IMG/VR virus record: IMGVR_UViG_3300027051_000027
Coordinates: 1 to 56,374 of that record
Source: a virus
Taxonomy: Duplodnaviria > Caudoviricetes
Reading direction: 5' to 3' (one strand)
Length of the DNA: 56,374 nucleotides
Part shown: piece by piece, positions 1 through 9,814 of the stretch
Layout of the letters: every line of letters starts with the position of its first letter
How positions within the stretch are numbered: position 1 is the first letter of the stretch
Made by a program: the position numbers and the translations under genes
Notes under the pieces: model-generated
The model's database searches: none
What the model was told of the DNA's origin: nothing
The model's input: the letters and a program-made list of their open reading frames with translations, nothing else

Positions 1-38
1 CAGACCAGGTCGCCTCGTTGATCGGCCTTCCGACAGCG

Positions 39-71
39 AGAAGAAGCCCCGCCCCCCTTCGGGGGCGGGGC
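39..71 (-). terminator. Intrinsic terminator ending the late/lysis operon
   Basis: 11-bp stem GCCCCGCCCCC (46-56) / GGGGGCGGGGC (61-71), followed on the - strand by TTCTTCT, just past the holin. Confidence 0.75.
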
Positions 72-132
72 ACAAATAATGACGAGCAGCCGCTTGCCTT
101 GGCCGCAGGCAGAGATGGTCCAGCTCCCAGGG

Positions 133-429
133 TTAGTCCCGGACAAAGTGGCTGTATAGCCACGCCTTGAGACCGGGAGCCCTCTCGATGAACCAGAAGA
201 ATGTTACCTGGGACGCGGCCACGATTGCGCCGATGAGTAGGGCCCAATCTCCGGGTCCAGCTATCTTGAGCTCACCGGCGATCGCCAAGCTCATCACCCC
301 GACCACGGCTGAGGCTAGCACCACGATCAGGAACTTGAGCCAGTTGGCCCACGAATGCTTGAGCAGGAGTCCCAGCACGAACGGTAGGAACAGGCCTACC
401 ACCATCGCCCAGAGTTGCACAGTCGTCAT
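133..429 (-). CDS. Holin
   Basis: 98 aa, three hydrophobic helices, GAGG RBS, last gene of the lysis cassette. Confidence 0.75.
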   Translation of the reverse strand: MTTVQLWAMVVGLFLPFVLGLLLKHSWANWLKFLIVVLASAVVGVMSLAIAGELKIAGPGDWALLIGAIVAASQVTFFWFIERAPGLKAWLYSHFVRD

Positions 430-432
430 TTG

Positions 433-693
433 CTACCTCGCTTTCAGTTGAGGGTGGAGCCGGGGTGGCAGAGGCGGGAGACCGGCGGCCTTCCGGAAAC
501 GACGGGAGAAGATGGGGCATACGTACTCGCCACATTGCCTGGCACAGGTGTGACAGCCAGGCTCGGTGTCCATGAGGCGGGGGCAGTGACGATAGTCCGC
601 GCAGGCCTCAAATAGCGGAGGGGTCATGCGTGTCCCTCGGGTCCCGCTGTGTTCGTGACCGCCATGGTCGGCTTCCTGGCGATCTGCGCCCAC
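433..693 (-). CDS. Small Cys-rich hypothetical protein
   Basis: GGAGG before the GTG (alternative ATG at 627); six Cys including CHTCARQC; fills the gap between lysin and holin. Confidence 0.45.
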   Translation of the reverse strand: MGADRQEADHGGHEHSGTRGTRMTPPLFEACADYRHCPRLMDTEPGCHTCARQCGEYVCPIFSRRFRKAAGLPPLPPRLHPQLKAR

Positions 694-1219
694 GAGCCCT
701 CCCTATCCACCAGTCGAACCCGGCGGCCCTTGCTTTCGCCCGAACCCCCGCTGCTCGCTCGTAGAGCCCAGCGGCGTATTCCGGGAAGCCTTCGACGCTC
801 TCACCGTAGTAGATGGCTGCAAAGGCGCGGAGATCCCCGGCTGAGAGCAATTCGATGTAGAGACCGTCTTGCCGGCCGCTCAGGTACCTCCCCCAGGCCT
901 CCATGCCGGCGGCCGCAGTCGGGAACGTGTACCAGTCGGTTCCTCGGATCCGGATCGTGCCGTCAGCGAGCTCAGACCAGGAGCCTCTGACGGCCGCCTT
1001 GAGGCAGCCGAAGTTGCTCCTGCGCGCGAGCTCTCCACCTTGAACCGGATCTCCGAGTGAACTCTCCGCCCCCAGGATGACGAGGGTCCAGAGGGGGTGG
1101 ATGCCGAAGCGCTCCTCGAGGCCGACAATCATGTCTGCAGTGATGGGAGAGCTATGAGGACGAAGGTACTGCTCCTCGAGGAATGCGGTCAGGGCGGAAT
1201 CTACTTTGGGGGCTGCCAC
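608..1219 (-). CDS. Glucosaminidase/lysozyme-like peptidoglycan hydrolase (GH73-like)
   Basis: FGIHP...ILGAESSLG catalytic-Glu motif, NFGCLKA, later IYY; start uncertain (no RBS), possibly reached by frameshift. Confidence 0.7.
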   Translation of the reverse strand: MAAPKVDSALTAFLEEQYLRPHSSPITADMIVGLEERFGIHPLWTLVILGAESSLGDPVQGGELARRSNFGCLKAAVRGSWSELADGTIRIRGTDWYTFPTAAAGMEAWGRYLSGRQDGLYIELLSAGDLRAFAAIYYGESVEGFPEYAAGLYERAAGVRAKARAAGFDWWIGRARGRRSPGSRPWRSRTQRDPRDTHDPSAI

Positions 1220-1929
1220 CCAACGGGTAGTCCGCTTGAGTTGACGAGAGTCTCCTTGCCGTCGACAAGGGCGGTCCGCGGCCAGCGCTCATAGAAGACG
1301 TCATTCAGGCGCCGGGCCTCGTCCCACCACTCGATAGCGAGCGCGTTGTTGATGGCCGCTACGAATGACTGCTTGACCGCGGTCGTGTGACGCAGTTCCT
1401 GCAGATCCTTGCGGTCTTCGTCTCCGAACATGTCGTCCTCCTCCCAGGCCGCTTTCACACGCGGCCATACGTCAGTGCCCCAGGGGCTTGTTGGGTCGGG
1501 CTTGCGACCGCGGGGCATCGCTATTTGCCTGTGAGTCACGGGTTCGATGTCCGGGTACTCGGACTTAACGAGACGCATCAGGTTGATGATGGCCCGCACC
1601 TGGGCCTCGGGGTACGTCTCCCCGGCGCTGTGCTGGATCTCGAAACCGAGCGACCAGTAGTTGCAGCTCGCCCGGCCGCGCCATTCGGAGACCCCGGCGT
1701 GATAGCAGGCCACCGCCTCCCCCGGCCTCCAGGGCGCATACTCGACCACCGCCCCGTCGGCGTAGATGCACCAGTGAACCGAGTAGGCGTAAGTGGGGTC
1801 ATCGCCTCGGAAGGCTGTGTCCAACCAGGTCGTCGATCCACCCTCGGTCGTGTGCATGACAAGCAGCTCTGGTACGATCAGGCGGCCGTGGTGCGGTGTC
1901 GGGTAGGGACTTGACCTGCGATAGTTCAT
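1201..1929 (-). CDS. Endolysin, N-acetylmuramoyl-L-alanine amidase (Amidase_2)
   Basis: Zn-amidase motifs VMHTT, SVHW, CYHAG, SLGFE, VTHRQI, RKPDP. Confidence 0.9.
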   Translation of the reverse strand: MNYRRSSPYPTPHHGRLIVPELLVMHTTEGGSTTWLDTAFRGDDPTYAYSVHWCIYADGAVVEYAPWRPGEAVACYHAGVSEWRGRASCNYWSLGFEIQHSAGETYPEAQVRAIINLMRLVKSEYPDIEPVTHRQIAMPRGRKPDPTSPWGTDVWPRVKAAWEEDDMFGDEDRKDLQELRHTTAVKQSFVAAINNALAIEWWDEARRLNDVFYERWPRTALVDGKETLVNSSGLPVGWQPPK

Positions 1930-1941
1930 GCCTGCTTCTCC

Positions 1942-2298
1942 CTACCAGTGATTGAAGATTGCGATCGCCGAGAGAACCACGTAGCCGGCGCTGAGAACGG
2001 CGGCGATGATTCTCCAGATGCTCGAGCGCCCCTTCGAGCTGCCTTCCTCCTCAAGGTGCTTGTCCTCGATCGGTTTGAGTCGGTCTTCCAGCGTTTCGTG
2101 CACCGTGGCGTGCCTGTCCCATCGGTCGTCCTGCTCTTCACGACAGCGTTGATGCGCGTCCTGAGCGTTCTCCTGTTGCTTGTCCCAGGACTCCACCTTT
2201 GTCTTGAGCTCCGTTGTGGTGACGACTAGCTCATCCAGCTTCCTGGTGGATTCCTTCTGACCATCGAGAATGAGATCAAGCACGGTCGGCTCGGCCAC
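1942..2298 (-). CDS. Lysis-region coiled-coil protein with C-terminal TM helix
   Basis: Charged coiled coil followed by IWRIIAAVLSAGYVVLSAIAIF; immediately upstream of the endolysin. Confidence 0.6.
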   Translation of the reverse strand: MAEPTVLDLILDGQKESTRKLDELVVTTTELKTKVESWDKQQENAQDAHQRCREEQDDRWDRHATVHETLEDRLKPIEDKHLEEEGSSKGRSSIWRIIAAVLSAGYVVLSAIAIFNHW

Positions 2299-2367
2299 GG
2301 GTAGCTCCCTTCGAGCGGGGATGGTGATTTCACAGGGTTGAACCGCTGAGGAGAAAATCCCGGGACG

Positions 2368-4956
2368 CTAGATCCGGCGGCCGACGCCCCTCGTGCCGGT
2401 TCGGGCGGTGAAGAAGCCCGGGGTCAGCAAGGTCAGACCGCCACCGCCGCGACCCGCTCTCACGTACGCGGCTCCAGGAGGCGCCCACTCGTTGCCGGGA
2501 ATATCGCTCCCGGTGGGATACAAGGTGCCGGCGACTGTATCCCACCGCCAGTCTTCGTCCTGGGGACTGTGATCGCCGACCTTGAACATCTCGACGAACC
2601 CGTGGAACTCGCCGGCGCCCGGCTGCAGGCTGCCGTTGCCGGCCAGGAGATCGTAGACAGCGTAGAGGGGTGCCTGGATCTCCGCGTCATCGCCCAGGCG
2701 GTGGTACTGCCCGTAACCTTCGGCAAAGTCCGAGTAGGTGCCGTGCCGATAGATCCGAAACACGAGCCGCGGCCACGGTTCCTCGGTGATGAAGATCTCC
2801 CCGCCGTTGGGCGCGTGCAGATCGAAGCTGTTGAGGCACTCGACGAACTCCCCCTCATGATCGTAGACAAGTAGGGCATCAGGGCCATAGAGCGATCTCC
2901 CGGCCGTCCACTCATCGTAGGCGGAAAGCAGGACAGGAGAATGATCGTCGTTGTTCAGCGGCCCGATGTATCCGGGTTTGGCCGGCACCCAACCCTGACC
3001 GGTGTCGGTTCCATCCTTGAACGTGAAGGTCGCCTCGCGGGCCCCAACGGTCCACTCCCAGGACTCCTCGAGCCAGGGATCGAAATAGAGGGTCGCGCCG
3101 ACCAGATATCCACCAAGAGGAAGAGCCTTGCACTTGGGAATGGGCACGACGCTCTTCACCGTCCAGTTGGTCTCACCCAACCCAGGGGTGTCCACCTCTG
3201 CGAAGTCGACAATCGTCTCCCAGGCGACTCCATCCAGGCGCCCGACCACCGCTTTCCAGAGCGGCATCTGCGCGAGCCGTTTCCCCCAGGCGCAGTAGCA
3301 GAGGACCGACCCGTCCAGGCTGGTCGTCAGATGGTAGCGCGGGTTGTAGGTGCCAGCGAGAGGCAGCACGAAGGATGCGCCCGTGATCCCGTGGTCGCGC
3401 TTGAGTACGTGGGTTGGCTGACCTTCGGGAGCAAGGGTGTTCTCGATGGTCACGCCCATCCCGGTAGCCACCTGATTGCCCACCGGGTTGAGCCAGCCCC
3501 AGTCGGGATCGGGCCACATACCCATGGCCACGGGAACGCTGGCGAAGAAGCCCCAGAACCCGTCGTAGGTGTCGCCTTCCACTCCCGGGAACCACCAGTC
3601 CGGAGATCCGGTGGGATAGTCGGAAAGGTCGAGCAGCACGTCTCGGCGATAGCTGATCGTCTGGCCGCCGATGTCGAAGATCTCTTTGCTGCCGACGATC
3701 GCGGTCGTTCGCTCGCACGGAGGGTACGCGTTGGAACCTGAAGGAACCCGGTCGTCAGGAAACGGCAGAATGTGGTCGGCCCGCAGGTTGGTGCGCAGAG
3801 CATATTCGCCCATCCACCCCAGCCGATCAGTGCCAGCGGTCACGGGGATCGTGGTGCGCCCAGCGCGCTGATGCGGGTCGAGAACGTAGACCGTGAACGA
3901 GATCGCGTTGTCAAAGTTGGAGAGCCCAACGTACCAGCCAAGCTGCGAGTTGTAGCTGATCGGCAAGGTGCTGGGAGGGGGCCCGGATTGTCCGTGGTCA
4001 ATGCCGTCGAGATCGTAGTCGTCGATCAAGTATCCGCCGTCCTCTTGCTGACGATAGTCCCAGTTGGTCTCCCACGGTCGCTCGACCGAGACCAGGGGTG
4101 ACGATCCGGTTGACCAGTACTCGCCACCCAGAGCGGACACCTCGTTCTTCATGGCGACCCATTGTTCCCCCGGAGCCGGGAGAAGGCCGCGCGACATAAC
4201 CCCGTAGGCGGATGTGTTCTGACCAAAGGAGCCCTCGGCCAGGTAGCTATCCTTCGTGGTCGTCTTCGGAACGGAGGCATAGAGCCTGTTAGGATCTCCC
4301 GGATCCTCGCCGGCCCAACCCCAGTAAGAGCCAAACTGTCGCATGCGATATTCGCCGAGCCCCTGCCAGTTGGGAATCCAAATATCGGTGCCCGCGTAGG
4401 CGACTGTCGTTCCGGAGCCGAGAACGGTCACCAGGAGCGCCGAAGTTCCGCCTTCACCGTCCACCCATGCGTAGCAGCTATGGCTCGGGTTGACCCCGTT
4501 GGTCCCCATGGACTGGGATGCTCTGCAGGTGTCTCTAAGCCCGTCCAGCAGGTCGTATAGATAGAACCCGAAGGTCGGGTCCCAACCATAGAAGAACGCC
4601 GCTCCGCTGCCGTATCCAGTGCTGAAGGGGATCATGTGAAGCCAGCGGTTACCCCACACCTGATGGGAACGGTCCCAGCTTGAGAAGGCAGAGTAGTTGC
4701 CCCAGGCCCCGCCGATGCCGTTGGTCACCATGTTGGGTCCATGACTGAGGCTGTTTGTCACTGGATCATAGACGCACCACAAGGGCGTGTCGTCACTCGC
4801 GTAGGCCAGCACCAGGATCTTGCCGCCCCACGGACAGACGAAGTCGCGGGTGTTGATCCCCGCGCCCCCGGGCGTCTTGTATGCCTTGATGCCGGGGACG
4901 AGTTCTTCCATGTTGACAGTTCGAAGCTCGCCCCACTTCTTGATCTTGAAGCTCAC
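2368..4956 (-). CDS. Large tail / receptor-binding-type protein
   Basis: 862 aa, G/W/Y/D-rich beta-type composition, at the distal end of the tail module; function from position only. Confidence 0.5.
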   Translation of the reverse strand: MSFKIKKWGELRTVNMEELVPGIKAYKTPGGAGINTRDFVCPWGGKILVLAYASDDTPLWCVYDPVTNSLSHGPNMVTNGIGGAWGNYSAFSSWDRSHQVWGNRWLHMIPFSTGYGSGAAFFYGWDPTFGFYLYDLLDGLRDTCRASQSMGTNGVNPSHSCYAWVDGEGGTSALLVTVLGSGTTVAYAGTDIWIPNWQGLGEYRMRQFGSYWGWAGEDPGDPNRLYASVPKTTTKDSYLAEGSFGQNTSAYGVMSRGLLPAPGEQWVAMKNEVSALGGEYWSTGSSPLVSVERPWETNWDYRQQEDGGYLIDDYDLDGIDHGQSGPPPSTLPISYNSQLGWYVGLSNFDNAISFTVYVLDPHQRAGRTTIPVTAGTDRLGWMGEYALRTNLRADHILPFPDDRVPSGSNAYPPCERTTAIVGSKEIFDIGGQTISYRRDVLLDLSDYPTGSPDWWFPGVEGDTYDGFWGFFASVPVAMGMWPDPDWGWLNPVGNQVATGMGVTIENTLAPEGQPTHVLKRDHGITGASFVLPLAGTYNPRYHLTTSLDGSVLCYCAWGKRLAQMPLWKAVVGRLDGVAWETIVDFAEVDTPGLGETNWTVKSVVPIPKCKALPLGGYLVGATLYFDPWLEESWEWTVGAREATFTFKDGTDTGQGWVPAKPGYIGPLNNDDHSPVLLSAYDEWTAGRSLYGPDALLVYDHEGEFVECLNSFDLHAPNGGEIFITEEPWPRLVFRIYRHGTYSDFAEGYGQYHRLGDDAEIQAPLYAVYDLLAGNGSLQPGAGEFHGFVEMFKVGDHSPQDEDWRWDTVAGTLYPTGSDIPGNEWAPPGAAYVRAGRGGGGLTLLTPGFFTARTGTRGVGRRI

Positions 4957-5198
4957 AGTGGATAGACCCTCACCACACCTGGGTAGACCCGGGCCATACC
5001 CGGGTACACGCGCGCGAGTTGTCCCTCTGGTCCTGGACCAGGCCCCGACGAACCAGACACGCCGTAGAAGATCAGTCCCGCGCTCATGCTCACCACGTCC
5101 AAGCCCAGAACCTCCACCTCTGACACGAACACATACGGGCCTCCACGTCCGCCCATGCTTACCAGATCGAGCGCCCGGGCATCATCGTAGAGACTCAT
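4953..5198 (-). CDS. Small tail-associated hypothetical protein
   Basis: 81 aa, tightly coupled to both neighbours; C-terminal RVYP x3. Confidence 0.55.
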   Translation of the reverse strand: MSLYDDARALDLVSMGGRGGPYVFVSEVEVLGLDVVSMSAGLIFYGVSGSSGPGPGPEGQLARVYPGMARVYPGVVRVYPL

Positions 5199-5199
5199 C

Positions 5200-7494
5200 T
5201 CACACCGTCACCGATAGATCGTCCACGTACAGGTTGTAGGTGGTTCCCCCCCACGCTTCCACCCAGGGCTCAACCACGCCCGTTTCGGTCGGGGTGAAGG
5301 TGACGCTCACCAACTCCCAGATGTTCGCGTTCGCTTCGATTTCATCGACGTAGTCATCGGTATCCATCCCGGCCAACCACCCACCGGGGATCCGCAGTCT
5401 GCCGTTGATCCCTGTGTTGTCCCGGCGCATGTAGACGCCGATCGTGACCTCGACGCCCGCCTCTACCGCGATCTCTCCTAGTCTGTGAAGAATCGCTCTG
5501 TCATATGCGTCGGTCGGCGAGAACTTCCAGGCCACTCCGCTCGCCGTGTGCCGTACCGACGTTTCGGATTGAATCGTGCCGCGCGCGTCGTAGATAATGT
5601 GATCATCCGCGTCTCCGTCCCGCTTCAACAGCGCCAGCCTTCCCTGCTGGTACAGGTCGGTGTTGATCGTCCCGTCGTCGATGTCCGGGTTGTAGCAGAT
5701 CACGTCCAGGTTCCCCACCGCGAACGTCTTGGTATTCCCGCTCGCCACCAAGTTCCATATCCTCACCCTGCCGAGGCAGTCGGTCGAGCAGAACGCTGCG
5801 TAGGTCCCGTGGGTGTTGTCCTTCAGTTCCAGCCCCACGATGTCCATGTCCATCGTCCGCTCGTAGAGATACCAGCACTGGTAGCCGCCCGCCCGGCAGT
5901 TCGACAGCTTGATGTTCCTCGCCCTGAAGCGCCGCAGGTCGCCCGTGAAGAAGCCCTCCGTCGAATAGGCCGTGATGTTCTCCCACACCCAGTCGATAAG
6001 CATGTCCCCGTAGCCGCCCACGAGCTGGTGGTTGTGGAGATACAAGGCCTGCGTGTACATGGCCGAGAACCACAGATCGCGTAGTACGCAGGACGCCTGG
6101 AACCCGTTTGTCGTGAAGCTGCTGTAGTAGATCTTCAGCCCGCAGTTGCTCCAATCGACCGATCCGGTGAAGCCGCACTTCTCGATTCGAATTCCATCGT
6201 CGTATTTGTCTAGTTCGAACTTCGCCGGGAAGATGAAGTGCTCCACCGCGTAGTAGGGGTTGGATGGACTGCTCACGGCGTAGTAGTTGCTCGAACTGCT
6301 CGGCAAGAGCCGCCAGCACGTCACCCCATCCTGCGTGTCGGTGCTCGTGTTCCAGCCGCCGGAGTTCACCACTTCCATGCCCGTCTTGAAGTTCCGGGAG
6401 CTTGACGCCGAGGCCAGCGTGAAGTACGTACCCCACATCTGCCCCGGTTCCACCCTGTAGGAAGTCACCGCGCCCGGCGTGCCTCCGTACCACTCGTCGA
6501 TCAGCTTCACATGCGTGGCGTCCGTGAAGCCTTCCACCGCCCACATCATGTCGTCGATGGTGTTGCCCTGCCCAATCAGGCAGTTATGACAGATGTGGTC
6601 CGCGTCGCCTGTCTCCGCCTTCACCGCCACGATGTTGTCGATGTAGATCGTCGGAGTGCCTGGGTCCGCCGCCGCGTAGAAGGCAATGCTCCGTATCGAG
6701 CTTCCCAGAGCGCCGCCGCCCGTCCGCGTCCCTTTGAAGACATGCCATTGGGTGTTGTAGAGCGCCGAGCTTCCCCCCATCAGCGGGATGGTATCCACCA
6801 CCGTGTCTCCCGCCGCGTCGGAGCACAGGCACATCACCAGGGAGTTAGCCGCCAACGACGAGCTTACCTTCGCCAGCATGGAGACGCCCGCGAAACTGGA
6901 CAGATCGAGTTCGTTTCCTGCGCCCAGGTCGAAGAAAGCCATCTTCCCTGTCGTGAAGGACGAGCCCACGACCATCTTCAAGCTGCCGCTGCCGAATCGG
7001 TGGTAGGTGCTGCCCGTGTCCAGCGTGACGGTCATATTGGTCGTGCCCGCCCAAGCGCTCTCACACTGGTCGATGATGGCCACCCGGCCGGCCGCTATGA
7101 CCACCTCGGCATTCTGGCTCGTGTAGGTGATCGTGCCGGCAGCTTCCCAGCCGCCCGTCTTTGGGTACTTGATGACGTCGCCGTCTTCGAAGTAATCACT
7201 GTAGCCCAGGTAGCTGTATGCCTGCACCGCCCCGCCGATGGCCCACGGGCGCCCACTGCCGCTGCTACAAGTGGCATCCAGGGTGCAGTTCGTGTCGCTC
7301 TCCACGCTCACGATCTTGCGCAGCCAGCCTGCTATGCGGATGAACCGACCCGTCCTGCCCGTGAGTCCACCTGTGACCGTCGTGAACGTGGTCGTGCCGT
7401 TCGTGACACCATCAGCGCCCGAAGCCGCCACCGCCCAGGAGTCACCGCTGTTTGCGTTGTTGCCGCCTGCCGGATCGTAGTACCAGTCAGCCAT
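5200..7494 (-). CDS. Tail fibre/spike with carbohydrate-binding-like and beta-helix-like regions
   Basis: 764 aa; N-terminal YYDPAGGNNANSGDSWA, CBM-like segments (GSGSLKM...TIYIDNI; C-terminal NLYVDDLSV). Confidence 0.6.
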   Translation of the reverse strand: MADWYYDPAGGNNANSGDSWAVAASGADGVTNGTTTFTTVTGGLTGRTGRFIRIAGWLRKIVSVESDTNCTLDATCSSGSGRPWAIGGAVQAYSYLGYSDYFEDGDVIKYPKTGGWEAAGTITYTSQNAEVVIAAGRVAIIDQCESAWAGTTNMTVTLDTGSTYHRFGSGSLKMVVGSSFTTGKMAFFDLGAGNELDLSSFAGVSMLAKVSSSLAANSLVMCLCSDAAGDTVVDTIPLMGGSSALYNTQWHVFKGTRTGGGALGSSIRSIAFYAAADPGTPTIYIDNIVAVKAETGDADHICHNCLIGQGNTIDDMMWAVEGFTDATHVKLIDEWYGGTPGAVTSYRVEPGQMWGTYFTLASASSSRNFKTGMEVVNSGGWNTSTDTQDGVTCWRLLPSSSSNYYAVSSPSNPYYAVEHFIFPAKFELDKYDDGIRIEKCGFTGSVDWSNCGLKIYYSSFTTNGFQASCVLRDLWFSAMYTQALYLHNHQLVGGYGDMLIDWVWENITAYSTEGFFTGDLRRFRARNIKLSNCRAGGYQCWYLYERTMDMDIVGLELKDNTHGTYAAFCSTDCLGRVRIWNLVASGNTKTFAVGNLDVICYNPDIDDGTINTDLYQQGRLALLKRDGDADDHIIYDARGTIQSETSVRHTASGVAWKFSPTDAYDRAILHRLGEIAVEAGVEVTIGVYMRRDNTGINGRLRIPGGWLAGMDTDDYVDEIEANANIWELVSVTFTPTETGVVEPWVEAWGGTTYNLYVDDLSVTV

Positions 7495-7498
7495 GACG

Positions 7499-9301
7499 TC
7501 ACTTCCTGTATCTGATCGTGAGAGCCAGGTTGCTGATATCAGCAGCGCTGTAGTTCGTCACCCGCGCGTAGATCGCGGTCCCGCCGAACCACTCCCACGG
7601 CACCCTATCCAGGAAGGTCGCCTGCTGGATGCCGGCACCGCTGCCCTCTCCCGCTTGGTAGGCGAGGACCGTGCGCCCGCTGTCCTCGTAGAGGTACAAG
7701 TCGTAGTCGATCGCTCCACTGCTAGTCGCCACTGCCCGTACCGACGTCACCAGCGCGCTCTCCATGTTCGGCACCGTGAAGTCCGTACTCATGCTGTTCG
7801 GACAGGTTTGATTCACCGTGTCCATAAGGTGCGCCTTCGAGGCGTGTGCCTCTGCGTCCGCGGCGTGCGTGTTCAGATCGCCCGCTATCCCCTCGTCCCC
7901 GGAGACACGTGCGGCAGTCTCATCGACAAGGGTGGTCAGCAGCACCCGGCTGTCGGTGATGTCCGGCGTGGAGATCTCCATCTCGGCGTGTGTGACGTAG
8001 ATCTCCGCGATGATCAGATAGCCGGCCGGTGTCGTCGGCGCCGAGGGCTCAGCCCCAGGAGTTCCCTTAAGGTTTGCGTTCTCGGTGGGGCCCTCGATCG
8101 TCCCGTCGTCGGCCAGGCAGATGATGTCGATGCGATCGAGCGTGGGATCGGCTGTGGGGATCGCAAGTTCGATGGCGCCCGGCGCGAACATACCGGCAGC
8201 GATGAGAGCGACGCCGGTGGCGACATCGACGGCCATATCTGCCGGGGTATGTGCTGTGACTAGAAAGCCGGACAGCAGACAGTCCCCAATCGGCAGTGCA
8301 AGCTCAGTATCAAGAGCTGCCTCGTCTGGCAATCTGGTCCAATCGAGGGTGCCGATGACCTCGGTGCCCAGGTCCAAGGGCCGCAAAGCCTTCACCTGAG
8401 AGACGGGCGGCGGGTAGCCAGGCGCCGACTGCTCGGCGGAGCCGGTGTACAGGAGCGGATATTCCACCGTCGCCGGGTCCCACTCCTCGACTCCCCCGAT
8501 CCTCAGGCGAGAGTCCTGGGAGGTCCAGACCGAGCCTTCGGGGCGGATGTAGAAGCGGGTGAGAAACCCGTGCTCTCCGACCGGCGAAGCCCCGGTGATG
8601 TCGATAGCGTTGATCGAGCCAGTGCTGCGTGCGAGCGGGATCGAGCGTTCGCAGTCGGCCACGGCCCCGGTGAGCGTGATCTCATCGACGTCGTCTGTCT
8701 CTATCCGGTAGGCAAGCACTACGTTTCCGCCCCGGTGACGGATGTAGATGTTCGCTCCAGCCGCGCCCAAGAACGCCGGCGTGGAGGGCAGGGTGAGGGC
8801 GACCTCGGATTTCAACCCACCGGCCTGATAGGGAACCTCGACTTGGGCTCCAGGCGAGGCCAAGGTCTCCCCTCCGGCTCCATCGGTCCAGGAGAACCAG
8901 ATCTCGAGCAGTCCGCCCTCATATCCGGATGCCCCACCCAAGGTTGGGGTGCCCAAGGTCGGGGGTTCAAGCGGATCGACCAGGGCTACCGGCGTGGTAA
9001 CGAGGGCAACCGGCCCGGCTTCGGTCTCCCGTCCGAACTCATCAACGAAGGTTTGGGCTATCTCAAGGGCCACCTCGCCGGGGATGATGCCCGCGCTCGC
9101 CGAGATTCCTGCTGTCGGGGCAGACGCGGGGGCAGCCAAAGGCACGCTCCCGTCCCGAACAGCCTGGGCAAGCCCACTCAAGGCCGCATCCAACCAGTAC
9201 TGATTCCAGTAGGGAAAGCCCCACCCTTGCGAGTCGGCTCCGGCGATCATGAGAGCAAGAAGACCCAGATAGGGGGTGCGGTCGGTGCGAGCTTCAGGCA
9301 C
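7499..9301 (-). CDS. Minor tail / baseplate protein
   Basis: 600 aa; TFVDEFGRET and PTADPTLDRID motifs common in phage tail proteins; position. Confidence 0.6.
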   Translation of the reverse strand: MPEARTDRTPYLGLLALMIAGADSQGWGFPYWNQYWLDAALSGLAQAVRDGSVPLAAPASAPTAGISASAGIIPGEVALEIAQTFVDEFGRETEAGPVALVTTPVALVDPLEPPTLGTPTLGGASGYEGGLLEIWFSWTDGAGGETLASPGAQVEVPYQAGGLKSEVALTLPSTPAFLGAAGANIYIRHRGGNVVLAYRIETDDVDEITLTGAVADCERSIPLARSTGSINAIDITGASPVGEHGFLTRFYIRPEGSVWTSQDSRLRIGGVEEWDPATVEYPLLYTGSAEQSAPGYPPPVSQVKALRPLDLGTEVIGTLDWTRLPDEAALDTELALPIGDCLLSGFLVTAHTPADMAVDVATGVALIAAGMFAPGAIELAIPTADPTLDRIDIICLADDGTIEGPTENANLKGTPGAEPSAPTTPAGYLIIAEIYVTHAEMEISTPDITDSRVLLTTLVDETAARVSGDEGIAGDLNTHAADAEAHASKAHLMDTVNQTCPNSMSTDFTVPNMESALVTSVRAVATSSGAIDYDLYLYEDSGRTVLAYQAGEGSGAGIQQATFLDRVPWEWFGGTAIYARVTNYSAADISNLALTIRYRK

Positions 9302-9310
9302 GGATGTCTC

Positions 9311-9811
9311 CTATCCCTTGAGAATCGCGGGTCCGGTGAACACGGCAAAGACAAGGGCCCGGTATCCGCTAGGAACGGCCCCCAGCGCCCAGATGAGAAG
9401 CTTGGCCCCGACGTACATGCCCTGCTCGTCGGTCTTCCATTTGAGAACCTGGGGTTTACAGGGCACGGTGAAGTGCACAGCCGGATTGAAGTTGCTGGCC
9501 TGGGCATCCAGCCTGGGCTCACCGTCTTGCCCCACTCGCTCGTCGTCTCCGGAGAGCGCCGGCTTCTGAGTGAACTTCAGGTCGGCAAACTCGATCCACT
9601 CAGAAACGAAAGCACCACCTTGGGTGTCTTCTCCGAAGGTGGCGTTGATCTCGGCGGTAAAGACGCACCCAGTCTTGACCTGTGCGTCTCGCATGAGCCG
9701 ACCGCGCTGCTCCTCATCTCTAAGATTGGTCGCGGTCTCCTTGGCGAAGGTACCGGCGCCGACCCCAAGGAAGGCCTGCTCGAGCTGGGTTGAGGTAGGC
9801 ATGTCAGGCAC
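9311..9811 (-). CDS. Tail-module hypothetical protein
   Basis: 166 aa, packed within the tail operon. Confidence 0.6.
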   Translation of the reverse strand: MPDMPTSTQLEQAFLGVGAGTFAKETATNLRDEEQRGRLMRDAQVKTGCVFTAEINATFGEDTQGGAFVSEWIEFADLKFTQKPALSGDDERVGQDGEPRLDAQASNFNPAVHFTVPCKPQVLKWKTDEQGMYVGAKLLIWALGAVPSGYRALVFAVFTGPAILKG

Positions 9812-9814
9812 GAC

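Noticed and set aside
1-132. Second att copy (tRNA 3' duplicate) at the left end
   Set aside because: No match to 56338-56374 seen; it probably lies outside the window.
2368-7494. Diversity-generating retroelement or invertible tail-fibre cassette
   Set aside because: No reverse transcriptase, no TR/VR-like pair and no small invertase seen by eye.
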